The notes under the pieces were generated by a model. It had not been told where the DNA came from and ran no database searches. It saw nothing but the letters and a program-made list of their open reading frames with translations. A program made the translations under genes and the position numbers. 64,000 bases of DNA from Lama guanicoe (taxonomy: Eukaryota), in the NCBI GenBank assembly GCA_013239625.1, contig MU054212.1, positions 6,546,270 to 6,610,269 on the forward strand. The letters run 5' to 3'. Shown here piece after piece: positions 60,600 through 64,000 of this stretch. The stretch's first letter is position 1, and each line of letters begins with the position of its first letter.

Positions 60600-62430
60600 G
60601 GAGCAGGCAAGAACATCTTTATAATAACCTGGGGGAATAAGGGAGGAGCAGTGCTAATAACTAAAAGTAGGTATTATTGTAAACGAGACTGTCATTCAAG
60701 CACGACTTCCAACTCGATTTGGATTCTCCTTCACTCCAAGTTGATAAAACTACCCCCACAGAACGTTAACTACTCTAAGCACTGTCACCCTACAAAATCT
60801 GAACCACTATTTAGCTCTTACCCTCCAATAAAATAGCTAATGAATTGTCTTCCCTCAGGAACAGCATCTGAGCTTTTCTCTTTTCCATCATCCCTCACAC
60901 CCTGGACCCCTCATGTCCTTACTTCCCTCCTGACTGAGCTTAGATTTCAAGGCTCCCCTTGGTAATTAAAAATTTCCTGGCACACATACTCAGCTCCCTT
61001 ACTCCTTTCTCCATTCATCGTACTTGCGTGGAAAAACCAAATCTTGGTTCTATCCAGCCTCACACAACTGATTTTTATACCATCATTTAAAACTCATGTT
61101 ACTGTTGCCTGAAATTCCCACTGCGTTCCCCTACACCATTCATTATCCCTTTCTTGCTAGATCAAGGGTAAACAAACTACGATTCATGGGCCAAACTGGG
61201 CCCACAACTTGTTTTTATAAATAAAGTTTTATTGACATGTAGCCACACCCATCCATTTATAGATTGTCTATAGCTTTCTTGCTACAGTGGCAGAGTTAAA
61301 TGTTTGCGACAGAGGCCTAATGGCCTGCAAAGGATGAAATCCTTCCTACCTTGCCCTTTGAAGAAAAAGTTTTCTGACCTTTGTCCTAAATGTCTATTCC
61401 ATACCTCGTTCTCTCCCTTCAACTCTCTAACATCTGCTCGCTGATTTCCTTTTAGCTGATAACCTTGTTTTCTATTTCACTGAGAAAATAGAAACATTTA
61501 GAAAAGAACTCCCACAGTCTCCCAGCATCGTACCGACCAAATTACCTGCATCAGTATTATCTATGCTCTGCCTTTCCTTCTGTTTCCTTTTGTTATTAAG
61601 GATGGATGGACCATCCACACTTACTTCTTAAGTCAAGCCCTCCATTCGTGTCCCACTCTCTCTCAACTATTCAAGGATATTTTCCCCAGCAATTTTATCA
61701 TGTCTTGAGTCTTTAAATCCCCACCCCCCCACAATCAGATGTTTCCTGTCAGCAAAAAAAAACATGCTATATATGGCCACCTTAAAAAAATTCTTGGATC
61801 AATATCCTTGTCTTCCTACCTATCCCATTTCTCTGTTTTCCTTTTCATAGAAAATTCTTGGAAGAGTTACCTTTCATCAAGGTTTCCAATTTTCCCCTTC
61901 CATTTTCACTTAAACTCTTAATTAGGCTTTTAGCGTCCTCATTTCACTCAAACAGCTGTTGTTAATGTCCATGTTGCTAAACTCAGTGTCATTCCTAGGC
62001 GCTCATCCCATGAGATCTGCCCACAGCATCTAGCACATAGATCAGCCCCTCCTTCACTTGTGTCCTTCCAGGAGACCATGCTCCCTGGACCCTCCTTCCA
62101 CCTGAGTGGCTGTTCTCTGGTTTGACTCGTGGCCAGTTGCTTCTCGTCAACTCAGTCTGTAAATGTTGGCATGCCCCGAGAGCTCGGCCTTTAAATACCC
62201 TCTCACCTCCATCCACAATCCCTGTCTTAATGATCTTCCAGCCACATGACTTTAAAAACATCAACAGAGCTCCACTTGGGTATCATATGGACTCTCCAAC
62301 ATAACATGCCTCCAAACCAGCCCCTGGCTTTCCCCTCCAAACTTCTACCCAAGTCAGGGTCAACTCTATGCTTCCACTTGCTCAGGACAAAAGCCTGAGG
62401 GGCATCCTTGACTCTTTTCTCTCTCTTATA
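60600..62430 (+). mobile_element. Long L2 (L2a-like) fragment interrupted by MER58A
   Basis: ctatttcactgagaaaatagaa, cacttgctcaggacaaaagcctgaggggcatccttgactcttttctctctc and other C/T-rich L2 sense text. Confidence 0.75.
61163..61383. mobile_element. MER58A hAT-Charlie MITE
   Basis: gtttttataaataaagttttattg...agccacacccatccattta...tacagtggcagagtt...tggcctgcaaag. Degenerate 8-bp TSD tgctagat / tcctaaat. Confidence 0.85.
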
Positions 62431-63489
62431 TTAAACTTGATGAAAATAAGTTATTCATTTCTCATGGGATAAAAGATATCCTCTTAGACTTTTTCTTTGC
62501 CTACTCACAAATAAATAAAAATAGATTATGATATTTATGCTTTTCTAATCTGCTCTTTTCACCTGTAAATACATGGTACGGTAATTTCATTTTCAATAAA
62601 TGGAGATTTTCATTACTAGTTTTTAATAGTGGTATGCTATTTTTCAGTAAGGATAAACTAAAACTTACTCAACAATCCTTAATTGTCAAACACCTGAGTT
62701 TTATTCTAATTAATTGCTCTTTTAAACAACACTGAGGAGAACACCTTTGAACATGTGAATGATTATTTCCTTAGAACAAATTCTTAGAAGTGGGGCTGCT
62801 GGAGTCAGGACCATTGTATTTCCTAAAAATCTCTCTCTTATGTAATTTACATATATTTGTATAAAAATATATATATAATTTTCCAGATTCCCAGATGAGT
62901 GTGATATACCAATATATATTGATAAAAAGTATGTAACAAATCAACTATTGATAATTTAGTAATGCTCTTTTACTAATTACCTTTGAGTTGCAGTTGTGAA
63001 TCCAGTGTATGCAGAAGATGTTATATATTTGGTTTAAAGAGAATCTGCCTTGTGGCTGTAGTACATTCAAGGTTCTTGTAGTTCCATGGATCCTTCATAC
63101 TGGCAACCATAGCTTTGGTTGATGATGATTTAGAGAAGCAATTCACTTAGCATCTGATCACCAATGGAACCTATCTCCTCTTCCATCCAAGTTGCTCACT
63201 TCTTGACATAACAAAGTATTACAGTAGTAATAGTAATTCTGCTACTAAGCAGGCAAGTAAAAAGTTCTCATTGAAGTTCTCATACGTAGTCAGAATAAAG
63301 TAGGATTTTAACTGTGGGCTATTTAACTTCCCCAGGCTGAAGCTTTTTATGTGCAGTGAGGCTTCCCTCTGGAATTCGTGGTAACCACTTCAGCGTTCCT
63401 TGGGCACTTGGAGAAATGTTGAAGGAAGAAGTCTGCTGAGTACCATGCCTGCCGACGCCCGAGGCTCAAGCGCCATTCTTGGACTTGTG

Positions 63490-63521
63490 CTGCAATTCTT
63501 AACTCAGCCAGTAGATGGCGT
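63490..63521 (+). promoter_or_regulatory. Candidate CTCF site with upstream (ZF9-11) motif
   Basis: CTGCAATTCT-N5-CAGCCAGTAGATGGCGT. The core CCAGTAGATGGCG (63508-63520) fits CCASYAGRKGGCR. Confidence 0.7.
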
Positions 63522-64000
63522 AAATTGTTCTTTGCTTGCCCCCCAGAAAACGCATCAAGAACTATGCTCAGCCATGGGGCTCTAAGCAAGGCCCACAAAA
63601 ACAAAGAGGAAAGCCACCACAGTAAGACGAGATCTGGAGGATCGCTTTGAAATTCTGATGTTCTTTTTTTTTTTTTTTCCCCTGATGCAGACCATGCTGA
63701 GCTAGAGAATAATATCAACGTTATTTTCTTTACTCCATTTCTCCTAAGTAATTCCAAATATCCAAGCTGGACAAAATCTATCTCTGATTCTCCAGCTATT
63801 CATGGTAACCTACTTTTGAACTTCATACTTCAGTGCTGAAGGCAATATAAATAGTTTATTTTCTCTTTCAGAAACTCATATAAACAAATACTTAGCGGAG
63901 ACATTCTATGCTAATACTGTTAAAGACAGATTTTTACAATAGGCCCGATTTTCCAGTAACTGAAAAGATCTGCAGATAAGTCTTGCAGTGTTCATGTGGC

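Noticed and set aside
1..64000. Prokaryotic-type systems (CRISPR arrays, operons, IS elements)
   Set aside because: The sequence is clearly mammalian, with a spliced gene and SINE/LINE/LTR content. No repeat-spacer array was seen.

Overview
Mammalian genomic DNA, most likely a camelid (two tRNA-derived Vic-type SINEs and young cetartiodactyl-type L1 3' ends). The right half carries the 3' part of KLHL14 (Kelch-like 14) on the minus strand. Six coding exons (49759-49848, 44514-44592, 36763-36953, 36523-36681, 33342-33499, 30981-31121) splice in frame into the Kelch repeats and C-terminus (...VPYNK*). They are followed by a ~2 kb 3' UTR with several AATAAA signals near 29.0-29.2 kb. The BTB/BACK exons lie beyond position 64000. 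One intron is an 81-nt GC-AG intron. Positions 1-28.9 kb are intergenic, with old and young transposon fragments and repeat-poor, motif-rich blocks. The most unusual structure is a ~305-bp inverted duplication (7157-7461 vs 9515-9821, 2.05-kb spacer) of sequence I do not recognise as a repeat. Its 170-bp core is ~95% identical, and its transition differences are skewed 12:3 toward G-U wobble pairs in a plus-strand RNA. Also notable: an L1 insertion that ends inside ORF2 yet has a 16-bp TSD, an L1 with a 16-nt 3' tail, a bipartite CTCF motif and a PBX-HOX/MEIS motif cluster in KLHL14 introns. Most ORFs in the supplied track are spurious. Repeat family names come from visual recognition, and repeat boundaries without TSDs are approximate.
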